Made by a program: the position numbers and the translations under genes
Shown: piece after piece, positions 1-12,471 of the stretch
Layout of the letters: each line of letters begins with the position of its first letter
Position numbering within the stretch: position 1 is the stretch's first letter
Assembly (NCBI RefSeq): GCF_001194135.2
Contig: NC_068984.1
Location: 60,462,839 to 60,500,884 of the forward strand
Reading direction: 5' to 3'
Length of the DNA stretch: 38,046 bases
From: Octopus bimaculoides
Lineage: Eukaryota
The notes under the pieces: model-generated
The model's input: the letters and a program-made list of their open reading frames with translations, nothing else
What the model was told of the DNA's origin: nothing
Database searches by the model: none

Positions 1-110
1 ACCTCCTCCTCCTCGTCCTCCTCCTCCTCCTCCTCCTACTACTACTATTACTACCACCACCACCACCACCACCACCACCACCACTATTACTACTACTACT
101 ACTACTACTA
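1..110. repeat. Compound trinucleotide microsatellite (CCT)n-(CTA)n-(CCA)n-(CTA)n
   Basis: Read directly from the sequence. Confidence 0.95.
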
Positions 111-654
111 CATAATGGTGGCCTTAAAAGGATTAGTAGTAACATGACTGCAACACATAAATGATGTGAACTGTGAATGGCTTTGTCTTGACCTCTCCCT
201 GTTTCACCTTCTCACACCGCCCCACTCACTGTACTTATTGATCTGCCTTCATGGAATCAAACACACTTAGCCAATGTACCTTATTTCATCACAACCACTT
301 TATGTCTTCTCTGATAACATAACTGGATTACCTTCTCTATCCCTGCCTCAACACCACCTTGCTGTCATCACTATATTCTCAATGGCTTGCCACCAATCTC
401 TTAACCATTTTTGCAAATATAAGTTTGTTGCTGTATCTGTATTGTCCCAGTTCAGCCCTGATTGTACAGATCTTTCTGTAAAGGCATCTGATCATCCCAA
501 TTATTATTTGAGACAGTATATATAAGGATGGACATTAGTCAACATGTTCGTCCTTTTCTTTTAGGATATAGGATGTATTTAGGTATTTGGCTGTTATTTT
601 TATCAGGTTGAGGAACTGTGTAGAAGTCCATTCATTTACTCTCATATCAATAAG

Positions 655-880
655 TTGTTGCTATTTGTTGCTGTTTAACTCCAGGTCAATAATGACCCAA
701 ACAAACTTATGATCCAAAGCATTACAGCTGGGACCATCTTGTCTGTTTTTATTTGACCACTATCCAATATCTTCTCCCTTTTTTTTTTGAAAGACAGTAG
801 AGTGTGTGAATTGAAGCAGATTTCACTAATAGTCCAAACAAGTTGAGTAGCAACTGCATAAAGGTTATTTCAATTGCTTG
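655..880. mobile_element. Degraded interspersed repeat, unassigned SINE-like family; related copies at ~9345-9470, ~11745-11935, ~11950-12040
   Basis: The motif ttgttg..tttaNCCCCAGG...ctTATGATCAAAG..att.cagc..gacc recurs at four places in the window. Confidence 0.55.
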
Positions 881-1111
881 ACATGAATAAATCTGTACGT
901 CAGGGCAAGGTTGTGAATTTCTGTAGTGCCTTCTTTATAACTTTTTTGATCCATTTCAAAGCTAGATATTTTGGTGAAATGCAGTTATTCCAGTTTAACT
1001 ATATGTGTGTGTGTATGTGTGTGTATTAGGATGAATCTTTGTGACAGAATGTTATGATAGAATGTTATGATAGTTAGTACCCTTTTGCTCTCTCACTCAC
1101 TTTCTCTCTCT

Positions 1112-1142
<31 letters not shown>

Positions 1143-1661
1143 NNNNNNNNNNNNNNNNNNNNNNNNNNNNNNNNNNNNNNNNNNNNNNNNNNNNNNNNNN
1201 NNNNNNNNNNNNNNNNNNNNNNNNNNNNNNNNNNNNNNNNNNNNNNNNNNNNNNNNNNNNNNNNNNNNNNNNNNNNNNNNNNNNNNNNNNNNNNNNNNNN
1301 NNNNNNNNNNNNNNNNNNNNNNNNNNNNNNNNNNNNNNNNNNNNNNNNNNNNNNNNNNNNNNNNNNNNNNNNNNNNNNNNNNNNNNNNNNNNNNNNNNNN
1401 NNNNNNNNNNNNNNNNNNNNNNNNNNNNNNNNNNNNNNNNNNNNNNNNNNNNNNNNNNNNNNNNNNNNNNNNNNNNNNNNNNNNNNNNNNNNNNNNNNNN
1501 NNNNNNNNNNNNNNNNNNNNNNNNNNNNNNNNNNNNNNNNNNNNNNNNNNNNNTATATATATATATATATATATATATATCTGTATCTCTTGTACTTGTC
1601 TAGCGTCTCGGGTTTGACTTGAGCACTTCCATGCTTTCCATGCTTTTCTAAAGAAAATCTA

Positions 1662-1741
<80 letters not shown>

Positions 1742-1784
1742 AATATTGAATGAGTCCTCAGTACTTCATTAATGGATAAATATT

Positions 1785-2008
1785 TTTATTTGTTGGGTAA
1801 CCAGACTATCATTGGTTTTGTGTTGGGAAAGATATCTCTCAACAATTATCCATGTCCTTACTTTGGGATGTTGATGTTTGTCTCCATCTTAGATAAAAAC
1901 ACATTATCCAAGATAAGATCAATGTCCCAAGGTACAAGCTTGAATAATTGTTGAGAGATATCTCTTCCAACATGAAACCAATGGTTGTCTGGTAACCCCA
2001 CAAATAAA
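1785..2008. repeat. Long imperfect inverted repeat (fold-back or MITE-like), arms ~105 bp, 7-nt loop
   Basis: 1830-1849 is the exact reverse complement of 1944-1963. The arms align at ~80% out to 1785/2008. Inner stem 1886-1896 pairs with 1904-1914 (10/11). ORFs 1772+ and 1839- translate to similar peptides. Confidence 0.9.
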
Positions 2009-2076
2009 GTATCCCCCTCTCCCTCTCTCTCTCTTTGGGAGAGAGGCACAAGCACATACACAGACATATACATACA

Positions 2077-2232
2077 CGGCAGTGACTTCCGCCTACCAAA
2101 TTCAATCACAAAGCTTCGGTCGTCTCGGGGCTATAGCAGAAGACACTTGCCCAAGGTGCCACGTGGTGGTACTGAACCCGAAACCATGTAGCTGGGAAGC
2201 AAGCTTCCTAACCACACAGCCATGCCCGCGCC
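2077..2232 (-). mobile_element. tRNA-derived SINE family B, head and central domain
   Basis: The reverse complement of GGCGCGGGCATGGCTGTGTGGTTAGGAAG..GGTTCAGTACC..GGCACCTTGGGCAAGTGTCTTCTGCTATAGCC matches copies at 25833, 37240-37410 and 8676-8790. Confidence 0.8.
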
Positions 2233-2723
2233 TACAAGCCATGCCACACACATTGCTTACAGCTGTTTTGGCTGCCAATGTCAGTCAGTACCCACAAAGA
2301 AAATTCTGAAAATAATATTCGTCTTCATTTGATGTAGTACATGGAGCTTCATCAGAGTGAATACAAATACATAAATAAAAGAAGGGAAGAGGAAAGAGGA
2401 AAGAGCAGGGCCTCGAGAAGAAGCAAGAAGGCTCAATATATTAGAATAATACTATTTTGTAGTGTGAAGCTGGAAGTCAATGGGCAAATGAGTAAACTAG
2501 CAAATGATCTAGAGAAATCATTTGTGAGTTATCTCTTTTTCTCTTTTCTCTTCCCTTCTTTTATTTATGTATTAATATTCACTCTGATGAAGCTCTATGT
2601 ACGAGATCGAATGTGCTATAAAGATGACGAATAATATTTTTGGAATATGCCTGAAACATGGATGGCTGAAATGATTATAACAGAGGAATAAATGTAATAC
2701 CAAAACCTCTATTCTTAGATTTG

Positions 2724-2724
<1 letters not shown>

Positions 2725-2780
<56 letters not shown>

Positions 2781-2891
2781 CAGAGAGAAATAGAGAGAGA
2801 GAGGGGGAGAGAGAGAGGGAGAAAGAGAGACGTGTGTATATATTTATATGTATATATATATATAGATAGATAGATACACACACATCTGCCC

Positions 2892-2968
<77 letters not shown>
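2725..2968. repeat. (CA)n, (GA)n, (TA)n and (TG)n microsatellite cluster
   Basis: Read directly from the sequence. Confidence 0.95.
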
Positions 2969-2969
<1 letters not shown>

Positions 2970-3659
2970 ATATATATTTTTCTTTTTGAATATTTTATTT
3001 TCACTTTTTAAGCAGCTGAGAGCAAATATACTTCTAAATATTTGGACATTTACTTGAAATTTTTAGAGCAATTACTTTAGAATGGATTGCTTTTCTTAAT
3101 GCTTGCCACCTAGGAATAGCCGCTAAGTACTTACACCAGAATTAGAGATAGCAGAAAGATTTACTTTAGCTGCAACATAAATGCATTTCTGTTCTTATGT
3201 GTTTACTTTTTAGATGTGCGAGTATGATTTGGAATTGTCTCCGAATATTTTATGTATACACATATGCATGTGTTCGGATGTATACATGTGTCTAAAACTT
3301 GTACAGATTTTTATGTGTTCCTTTTCATGTATAAATGTGTGTTTGCACTTCTCTGTATATGAATGGTTTATAGATTTGGTGTGCAAAATTCTAATTGTAT
3401 TGAAGTTTTGGTTTGGATATGTTTGCATATGTTTCTTACAGACTTCTACGTGTTGCATAGAAGAAAAGAAAAACAACAACATTAGGTTCACATGCACTGC
3501 CATTGAAAATTACATACACATAAAATAATTACACTGTTGCATGCATGCGTATTATATATGAATATGAGCTTAAGCTCACACACTCACATGCATGCCCATG
3601 CACACACACACACACATGCATGCCCATGCACACACACACACATGCAAGTTTAATTGTCT

Positions 3660-3756
3660 GAGTGCATATATGTATGTATGTATGTATGTGTGTGTGTCTG
3701 TATGTTTATGTATGTTAGTAAGTATATGAGTTTAAGCCCTCACATGTTTGTGTGTA

Positions 3757-3808
<52 letters not shown>

Positions 3809-3886
3809 TATATATATATGTGTATATATATATATGTATATGTATATATATGTGTGTGTGTATATATATATGTGTGTGTGTATATG

Positions 3887-3933
<47 letters not shown>

Positions 3934-4021
3934 ATATGCATATGTATATGTATGTATAAATATGCATGTATATATGTATGTGTCTATATATAATATGTGT
4001 GTGTATGTGTATGACTATATA

Positions 4022-4070
<49 letters not shown>
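3660..4070. repeat. Compound (TA)n/(TG)n microsatellite field
   Basis: Read directly; it accounts for the YIYI/CVCV ORFs. Confidence 0.95.
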
Positions 4071-4071
<1 letters not shown>

Positions 4072-4644
4072 TAATTATACCTGTGTTTGTCTACATACAA
4101 ATGCATGAAATTGCATGCATGCACACTCATGCACTCAGTATGTTGGTTTCTGAGGTATTTGATATTTTGTTCACCAATTCTTGTAATTTATATTCCCTTG
4201 TGGTGTAAGGAAAAAAAATAGACTGAACCCTTCCCTGTCGATCTGCTTCTAACACAGTATACTGTTATTCAAATTGGCTTTTTGTATTTCTTAACAAAAT
4301 GAAAAAACAAAAAATCAGAAGACTTACAGCTGCAGATGAGATGAGAATAATTATATATATAAATTGATTTTTGGTGAAGCATAAAATACAAAAATAAAAA
4401 CAATAAGGTACCTATGGCAAAAAACATACAAAATAATAGAATATTTGGCAAATAGAGAATTTATGTAAGAAATATTGACATAAGCTTGTAGAAAACGGAT
4501 TTTTTTTTAACGGGTATATGAATGTGTTAGTGTGTAAGGGGTGAGTTTCCTGGGAATAGCATTCGATTTTTCTGTTGGAATGTCATAAGTGCTTAAAAAT
4601 CAAAATGAAAATGAAATAATCGAAAGACAAAAATAATAATAATG

Positions 4645-4676
<32 letters not shown>

Positions 4677-5214
4677 TAATAATAATAATAAGAAGAAATA
4701 ATAACTTAGCATTCTTATTTTGTGAAATTTTATTGTTTAAACGAGGAAAAAAATGTCTTTTTTTTCTCATTCTTAATCTGTATTGGTTGCTTTCAATAGC
4801 TTAAGTATGGAACAATGTCCACATATATGTTTTATTTTACTGAACAAATTTTGATCAATACTGAGTGAGTGGTGTGTGTGTATTTGCATGCATGTGTTGT
4901 GTACAGGCATGTGTGCATTTGATATAGATGTATGCAAATAATTGTTATTATGTAATTAGGTATAAGTGTACATGCACAAACATACTTATACATACATGCA
5001 CACATGCACTAGCAGTGGTAACAAATGAAAGAGAAAGTACTCAACATCATAAAGCAGAGTATTAATTTAATTTGCTCAGTTGTAACCAGCTCTGGCAATT
5101 ATAAATAGTTACCTTGCATGAGAATCACACCAGTTCATGAGGCCTCAGCAGGGATACAAGGAAATTCATAAAAAGGAATACATGTAATTATGAACAATTC
5201 TAATACACAGCACT

Positions 5215-5244
5215 ACACATTCATGCATACACATAGACATATAT

Positions 5245-5284
<40 letters not shown>

Positions 5285-5537
5285 ACACAACCATATTCAC
5301 ATCCATGGACACACACACACCCACACGCACAGAAACGTGCACATATGCACTCACACACATACACACACACACACTCTAGAACACACACATTCTTACCTAT
5401 TCAAAACCACTAGCTACACTGCATGCACACACACACACAAAGAGATATGCAGAGACACATGTGCATATATGCACTCTCACACACACATACATGGGAATCC
5501 ATAGACACACACATGCTTATCTATTCAAAACCACTGG

Positions 5538-5597
<60 letters not shown>

Positions 5598-5714
5598 GGA
5601 CATGCATAAGCAAACTCTCAAACATTCATGCACATGCATATAAACATAGACACTCACTCACAGAATGCAGTCAACCAAATGAACACACATCAGACTACAC
5701 ACTCACACATGCGT

Positions 5715-5755
<41 letters not shown>
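5215..5755. repeat. (CA)n-rich field containing a ~120-bp-period local duplication
   Basis: 28-bp spacers at 5392-5419 and 5516-5543 are 26/28 identical. Confidence 0.9.
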
Positions 5756-5757
<2 letters not shown>

Positions 5758-6030
5758 CCTTGTTCTTGAAGAGAGGAAGTGTGTCATTGATGAGGCCATG
5801 AACAACATTGAAGGGACTTTAACAAACAAACAACTGATTAATTGTTTAACTAACACATTCAACAAATGATTGATTAGTTAGATCGTTAGATATTTAATCG
5901 ATTGGCTTACAATTAAAAGTAATATTGAATCAGTGCATGTGTTTATTATTATTGTTGGTGTAATGACCCTCCCAAGACAAAAGATTTGTTTCAACATAGG
6001 AGTTCATATCAAGAATTTTACAAAAACGAA

Positions 6031-6068
<38 letters not shown>

Positions 6069-6070
<2 letters not shown>

Positions 6071-6916
6071 TCATCATCATCATCATTTAACATCCACTCT
6101 CCATGCTAGCATGGGTTAGATGGATTGACTGGAGCTGAAGAGTCGGAGAGCTGCACCAGGTTCCAGTCTGATTTGGCATGGTTTCTGCAGCTGGATGCCC
6201 TTCTTAATGCCAACCACTCCAGGAGTCTAATGGGTGCTTTTATGTACCACTGGCACAGGAGTCATTTGCATGATTATAATTGATGGGTGGGTGCCATTTA
6301 CATGGCACTGGCAGCGACTCTGATGATTCATGAGTGACATTTGCATGGCATCAGCAATGATTATGACCAACGACCACAATTCCCAAGGTGCCAATTTACT
6401 TGGCACTTGCAGAGAATGACCATGACCACGATACACAGGTACCATTTACATGGAACCGGCAATGACCATGACACATAGATGCCATTTACATGACATTGGC
6501 AGAGCCACAACTATAATTTCACTTGGCCTGGCAAGTTTTCTCCCATACAGCATATCGCCAAAGCTCTTGGTCATTTGTCATCACTTCCATGAGGCCTAAT
6601 GTTTGAAGATCATGCTTCACCACCTCATCCCATGTCTTCTTGGGTCTACCTCTTCCACAGGTTCTCTCCACAGTTAGAGATCGGCACTTCTTTACACAGC
6701 TGTCCACATCCATATGCATCACATGACCATACCAATGCAGTCATCTCTCTTCCTCACCACATCCCATGCCTTTCATGCCCAGCCTTTCTCACATTCAGTG
6801 AAGGATACTAGCTTCATTTCTTTCAAGCCTACACATGTCTTCAGCAGTCACAGTCCATGTTTCACTGTCATGTAGCATAGCTGTTCGCACACAGGCATCA
6901 TATAGCCTGCCTTCCA

Positions 6917-6918
<2 letters not shown>
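6069..6918 (-). mobile_element. 5'-truncated RTE-clade LINE (C-terminal ORF remnant, 3' UTR, (GAT)n tail)
   Basis: The minus translation includes GRLYDACVRTAML..ETW..RLERNEAS, WYGHVMHMDVDSCVKKC and GRGRPKKTWDEVVKHDL, homologous to 23060-23547. It ends in TTAAATGATGATGAT. Confidence 0.9.
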
Positions 6919-6947
<29 letters not shown>

Positions 6948-7175
6948 TATATATATAGCTATATGTATTGTATTATATTATATACGTATATATTACATTA
7001 TATGATGATGATGATATATTATATCATATATATATATTTATGAATTAATGACTAAATTATATATTTGTTCTGATTCCTGATATATTTATATAATAATATA
7101 TTTACATATATAATATATTTGTGCATCTACTTATTTTAATGTGTGCATTTTTTTTTCTGTCTGCATGTTTGATTG

Positions 7176-7215
<40 letters not shown>

Positions 7216-7929
7216 AATATATATATATATATATATAAACAGATATTAACATAAAAATGATTCTTTGATCATGCAGCTCTATTGCTTCTTGAAAAAAAAA
7301 AAAAATTGAACTTCTATAGCTATGAGTTAGTGCAGTATATTTCATTACGCAATACCAAAAAAATCTTGCATAAATATAAAGCTATTATTTTGCTAATAAA
7401 ACTATTTGATATAAAATACTCCCACAAAATTAGAAGATAGGCAATGGAAGTCTAGTTATAAACCAATACCAAATCTCAACGTGCTAGAAATAGCTGAAAA
7501 ATCAGTCTCAAATCATATTCCACTTTTACATTTGTTTCAAACAGCATATATAAATGTAGATTTAAGTGGTTTGCTCTACAAAAATGTAACATGTTCAGTC
7601 CCACTAAATTGCTCTCCAAGCAGGTGTTATCTACTTTGTCCTTGCATTGGCCAATTACTTTGTGAGTCGAATGTAGCTGACAAAAACTATGTAAAAGCCC
7701 ATTTAATATATATATATATATATATCTACATACACAGATGCACACTGTACTTCCACATAATTTCAGTCTGTGGTGATGATGATGATCATCATCATCATTT
7801 GACAGCTGCTTCGCTATGCTGGTATCAGTTTGATAGCTTCTCTAAGACACCATTTAAAAAGTGGCTACTCATCCCTCCCTTATCGCCAACCATTTTAGCT
7901 ATCTTTTATGATACATAAAGTTATGGTGA

Positions 7930-7980
7930 ACCCACACCAGCATGGAAAGCAGACATTAAATGATGATGATGATGATGATT
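7930..7980 (+). mobile_element. Very short RTE 3' end (CCAGCATGGAAAGCAGACATTAAA(TGA)n)
   Basis: Matches the terminal 40 bp of the RTE copies at 24125-24176 and 25680-25716. Confidence 0.7.
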
Positions 7981-8001
7981 CTAAAAGTGGGGCACACAGA
8001 G

Positions 8002-8790
8002 TTGTCATCATCATCGATTTAGTGTTCACTTTTTCATAGTTGCATGAGTTGAATGGATTTTGTTTGTTGAGATGGATTTTTTATTACAGCTAGATGTCCT
8101 TACTGTCACCAGCCCTTAGTGTTTCTAAGTGAGGTAATATTTCCTCATTACCAAACGTTTTTTTTTTTTATGATTGGAAATGACAGACACCCCTTGCTTG
8201 ACAGTGACACTTGTTTACAACTATCATGATTTTGACACAAGGAGAAAGTAACACACACTTACTCGATAGGCTTCTTTTAGTTGCTATCAAATCCTCTTGG
8301 AGACGCAATGGCCCAGTGGTTAGGGCAGCGGACTCACGGTCATAGGATCGCGGTTTCGATTCCCAGACCGGGCGTTGTGAGTGTTTATTGAGCGAAAACA
8401 CCTAAAGCTCCATGAGGCTCCGGCAGGGGATGGTGGTGAACCCTGCTGTACTCTTTCACTCTTCCTGTTTCTGTTGTGCCTGTAATTCAAAGGGTCAGCC
8501 TTGTCACACTGTGTCATGCTGAATATCCCCGAGAACTACGTTAAGGGTACACATGTCTGTGGAGTGCTCAGCCACTTGCACGTTAATTTCATGAGCAGGC
8601 TGTTCCGTTGATCGGATCAACTGGAACCCTTGACGTCGTAAGCAACGGAGTGCCAACAACAACAACAAATCCTCTCACAAGACTTCTTAGTGCTATAGCA
8701 GAAGATATTTACGGAAGGTACCATGCAGTGGGGCTTAAGCTGAAATCACATAGTTGAGAAATAAATTCGTTAACCACAAAACCACATCTG
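8002..8790 (-). mobile_element. SINE family B variant with RTE-type (GAT)n tail, split by a younger SINE inserted at 8299-8665
   Basis: Head remnant at 8676-8790 joins 8245-8297 across the insertion. The body matches 37135-37240, 9000-9245 and 32165-32325. Confidence 0.7.
8299..8665 (+). mobile_element. Full-length tRNA-derived SINE family C with (CAA)n tail and 10-bp target-site duplication
   Basis: Box A TGGCCCAGTGG and box B GGTTTCGATTCC lie in the first 70 bp; the tail is CCAACAACAACAAC. TSD CAAATCCTCT is at 8288-8297 and 8666-8675. Confidence 0.9.
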
Positions 8791-8999
8791 TGTCTATATA
8801 TGTTTTGGAAATTAGTAAAGATATTAGAGGATAAAACAAATGCTCTTTACTGAAAATGCTCTCTACTGAACAAATGTTCTCTACTGAAACCTGTATCTGG
8901 TTTATAAAGCTTAAAGTACCAATGCATGTTCTGTACTTTTTTATTAATATGATGTGTGTGTGTGTGTATATGTGTGTGTATTGTTTGTGTGTCTCCTTG

Positions 9000-9245
9000 T
9001 TTTGACATCATGTGTTAAATGTAAATAAGTGTTGCCATCATACAAGTAGTATTATTTCTCTACAGTCTTCTATGAATTAATGTCTGACCATTGTGCTTTC
9101 CCTGTTTGAAGGATGAAGGAAAATGTTACCTTACTTGGAAACAAGTCGGGGCTGGCAATGTGCTGTAGAAGTTATGCCTCAACGAATTTTATCAGATCTG
9201 TGCGTATATGAGAAAGAGGAAGTTAAAATGATAGGATGATGATGA
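9000..9245 (+). mobile_element. Degraded 3' body of the RTE-tailed SINE
   Basis: GGAAAATGTTACCTTACTTGGAAACAAG motif and (GAT)n end, similar to 32165-32325. Confidence 0.6.
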
Positions 9246-9914
9246 TCCATGAAGATGATATGAGTGTGGGTCTTGTATATTACTGGTATCTAACGACACA
9301 GCTTGCTCTATAAATAGATGCTTTTGTAAATTTTTTGCCTCTTGTTGTTGTTGATGGAGTTGAACCCCAGGATAGCTCTAAATGAGCAGAACTATGATCA
9401 AAATTATTCCAGCAATGACCATTTCATTTTCTTTTTCAGACATTGTGTACTTTGGACTACATTTTCCAATGTGACACCCTCCACCTCTGTTTTATTCATT
9501 ACAAAAGAAAATAAATGAATAAATAAATAAATGGCAAAGCTGAATTTTAGAACTTTTTAAAGCAATGAATATTTTAATTTGCATCATTTTCAGGAAGAAT
9601 GGTGCAAATTACATCCTGTATTATTAAGGGGAAAAATAATAAAATATAAGAAAGAAAAATACAAAAAATAAATTAAAAGGTGACTCACAATATAACTCAG
9701 TGAATAATAGAATTAGAAATAGTAAAAGATAATCAGATTAAGAATATTGATTATTAATTTTTAATTATGAATAAGTATATATTCTATTTAAAAAATTGAA
9801 TACAATAAAGATTTGATTTCAGCAAAAGTCAACATTTTCTTTCTGAAATCACGAAGTCTTCCAATGTTTTATTTTTGAAATTTTATTGAAGATATGTGTT
9901 GTGTGTATATGTAG

Positions 9915-10255
9915 TTGTATGCGTATGTGTATGTGTGCATGTGGGTGTGTTTGTATGTGTGTGTTTTTGTGTGCGTGGTTGTGTGTGTGTGTGGTTGTGT
10001 GTGTGTGTGGTTGTGTGTGTGTGTGTGTGGTTGTGTGTGTGTGTGTGGTTGTGTGTGTGTGGTTGTGTGTGTGTGGTTGTGTGTGTGTGTGGTTGTGTGT
10101 GTGTGGTTGTGTGTATGTGGGTGTGTTTGTGTGTGTGTGTGTGTGTGTTTTTGTGTGTGTGATTGTGTGTGTGTGTGGTTGTGTGTATGTGGGTGTATTT
10201 GTGTGTGGGTGTGTTTTTGTGTGTGTAGTTGTGTGTGTGTGGTTGTGTGTATGTG
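9915..10255. repeat. (GT)n array punctuated by GGTT every ~14-18 bp (compound minisatellite)
   Basis: Read directly from the sequence. Confidence 0.95.
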
Positions 10256-10329
10256 ATTATGTGTTTTCCATAGTTTTACACATGAAAATATCAAAGTACT
10301 CATTTGCAAAAATACTTTTATAGATTAGT

Positions 10330-10386
10330 AACTGTATAGTTAGATATACATGTGCATACATATATATAAAGATATATATATATATA

Positions 10387-10434
<48 letters not shown>

Positions 10435-10900
10435 TGTACATTCATACACACACACACACGCACACTTACATGCATACAAATATGCAAATATATATCTATC
10501 TATATATACATATATACATGCATGAATGCATACATACATACATACATACATACATGCATACAAACATGTGTGTGGATGTATATATATGTATAATACAAGT
10601 AATATCTATATTACATATATATGTGTATATTTTTCCTATGTATGTAAGTATGCATATACATGTGTGTGTGTATGTGTGTGTATGTGTGTGTGTACACATG
10701 TACATGTAATGTTTATATATTCAGACACATATCTGTATACATATATATATCGACATATAAACACACACACTCTCTCTCTCTCTCTCACTCACATACATAC
10801 AAGTTATAACATAATATATATATTATATTTATTATAATTTGGTATTGTGTGCATGTGTGTGTATACATATATATATACACACACAGATATATATAAATAA
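10330..10900. repeat. (TA)/(CA)/(TACA) microsatellite field
   Basis: Read directly from the sequence. Confidence 0.9.
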
Positions 10901-11271
10901 TTGTAGCTTTAAAAATCACATCATTAACTGCTTTTGAGAGAAATTCCGTTTTTGTTGAAGTTGTTTTTGGCGTTGCTATTATTATTAGTTGCTACATTTG
11001 TAACAGTACTTTTATTAGAAGTCGTTGAAAAATCTTACATCATCTAGTTTGGCAGAACGAGATGTGATTGTTACCATTGTCTGTTACTTCTTAATGCTCA
11101 TTCAGTTCTTGAATTGGCTGTCTGCTATGACAAGTGTCTTTTCAATTGCCAATGTTATTAGAACGTTAACTGTATTTACTAAAGTTAATCATTACATGAG
11201 CCTCTGCATGGTTTCTGAAACCTCTAGAAATAGCAGCCAGATCTTCCTTAAACCTATGCTTTTCATCTCAG

Positions 11272-11460
11272 ACATCATCATCATCAGCCTCATCATCATT
11301 GTTTAGCATCTACTTTCCATGCTGGCATGGGTTGGATGGTTTGACATGGAGATGTTTAAGAGGGAGCTGTTGAGACTCCAAGTGTCTGTTGTGAGGCCCT
11401 ACCTAGCGCCAACCACTTAACAGAGTGTGTTCGGTGCTTTTTTCGTGCCACTGGCATATT
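11272..11460 (-). mobile_element. RTE LINE 3' UTR fragment with (GAT)n tail
   Basis: CATCATCAT..TTTCCATGCTGGCATGGGTTGGATGGTTTGAC..GCCAACCAC..GGTGCTTTTT.CGTGCCACTGGCA is the same 3' end as 6069-6255. Confidence 0.8.
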
Positions 11461-12188
11461 TTAATAAAAGGGATACATTTGATAACATGGTTCTGTATTC
11501 CCTCCACACCGGGGAAAAAGATAGGATGATCACCTCTGGAATACTTTTGATCATGTGTTTGGTTATCATTTTGCATATCCAGGACTACATTGTCCAACAT
11601 GTCCTTTCTTTGTCAAGGTGGTAGGGTATGGACATGAGGTAGACTTTCCCACAAGCAGCCACATAAAGATTCCTTTATTGATTTTTCAGACTTGCCTGAG
11701 ATTGTGGTTGTTGTTCCTTATTTGTTTTCTTGTATTTCTTGTTGTTGTTGTTGTTTTACTCCAAATCTGCCTTTAATGAGCAAACTTATGACCAAAGCTA
11801 TTCTATCTGCAGATGTAGACTTTGTACATCTGGGATTGCATTACTCAGTGAAGCTTTGTTTTTCCAAGACAGTAAAGTGTAATATGAGGGAGATTTGATT
11901 GCTGCTTCTAGCAGGTTTAATAACCACTTATTGGTCCCTTTCATTGGGTGTTGTTGTTTAGCCCCAGGACAGCTCCGCTTTTGAAGAACTGTGTATGGTC
12001 AAAAATTTCTTTATTTAAAAGTTTTCTACAGCATATATATCTGATCTACATATGTTTCAACTGCAACAACTGCACATTGCTTTCTATGCAATTATGCATT
12101 CTAGTTGTTGCAATTTCATGAAGGGTCCATCACTCACAACAGTTTTAAAGTGAACTGATTCAAACAAGTGTCCTACATTGGTATTCAG

Positions 12189-12194
12189 TTGAAG
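12189..12194 (+). other. Candidate 6-nt microexon TTGAAG
   Basis: tattcag|TTGAAG|gtaaga: strong donor, but the polypyrimidine tract is weak. Confidence 0.25.
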
Positions 12195-12333
12195 GTAAGA
12201 GTGTTACTATTTATATTTGATGGAATGGTGGTCATATAATTGTAATACCTCTGCTGGTATTACAGTTAAAGATTGGTTTTGAAAATGTTTATTCAGATTT
12301 CAATTAATTCTAGCAGTTTTGTTTACACACACA

Positions 12334-12375
<42 letters not shown>

Positions 12376-12376
12376 C

Positions 12377-12471
<95 letters not shown>

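Noticed and set aside
1067-1738. Long ORFs spanning N-gaps (also 19023-19721) and the many [12 protein letters not shown]/poly-I ORFs
   Set aside because: These are artefacts of Ns and simple repeats lacking stop codons.
3214-3221. 8-nt unit tttttag|ATGTGCGA|gtatga
   Set aside because: It is non-symmetric with a modest donor, isolated, and within chance expectation.
4328-4411. Minus-strand 2-nt or 84-nt exon before gtaagt
   Set aside because: A 2-nt exon is implausible without data, and the 84-nt version is low-complexity AT-rich sequence.
5392-5543. Duplicated 28-bp spacer containing a minus-strand AG|gtaaga
   Set aside because: The second copy has lost the GT and the whole ~120-bp unit looks like a neutral tandem duplication in (CA)n. 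I kept it only as a caution for the 16 kb cassette.
11025-11306. 93-aa hydrophobic ORF and an antisense 42-nt exon-like unit (11039-11080)
   Set aside because: The ORF runs into repeat sequence and has no recognisable family. The antisense acceptor is purine-rich.
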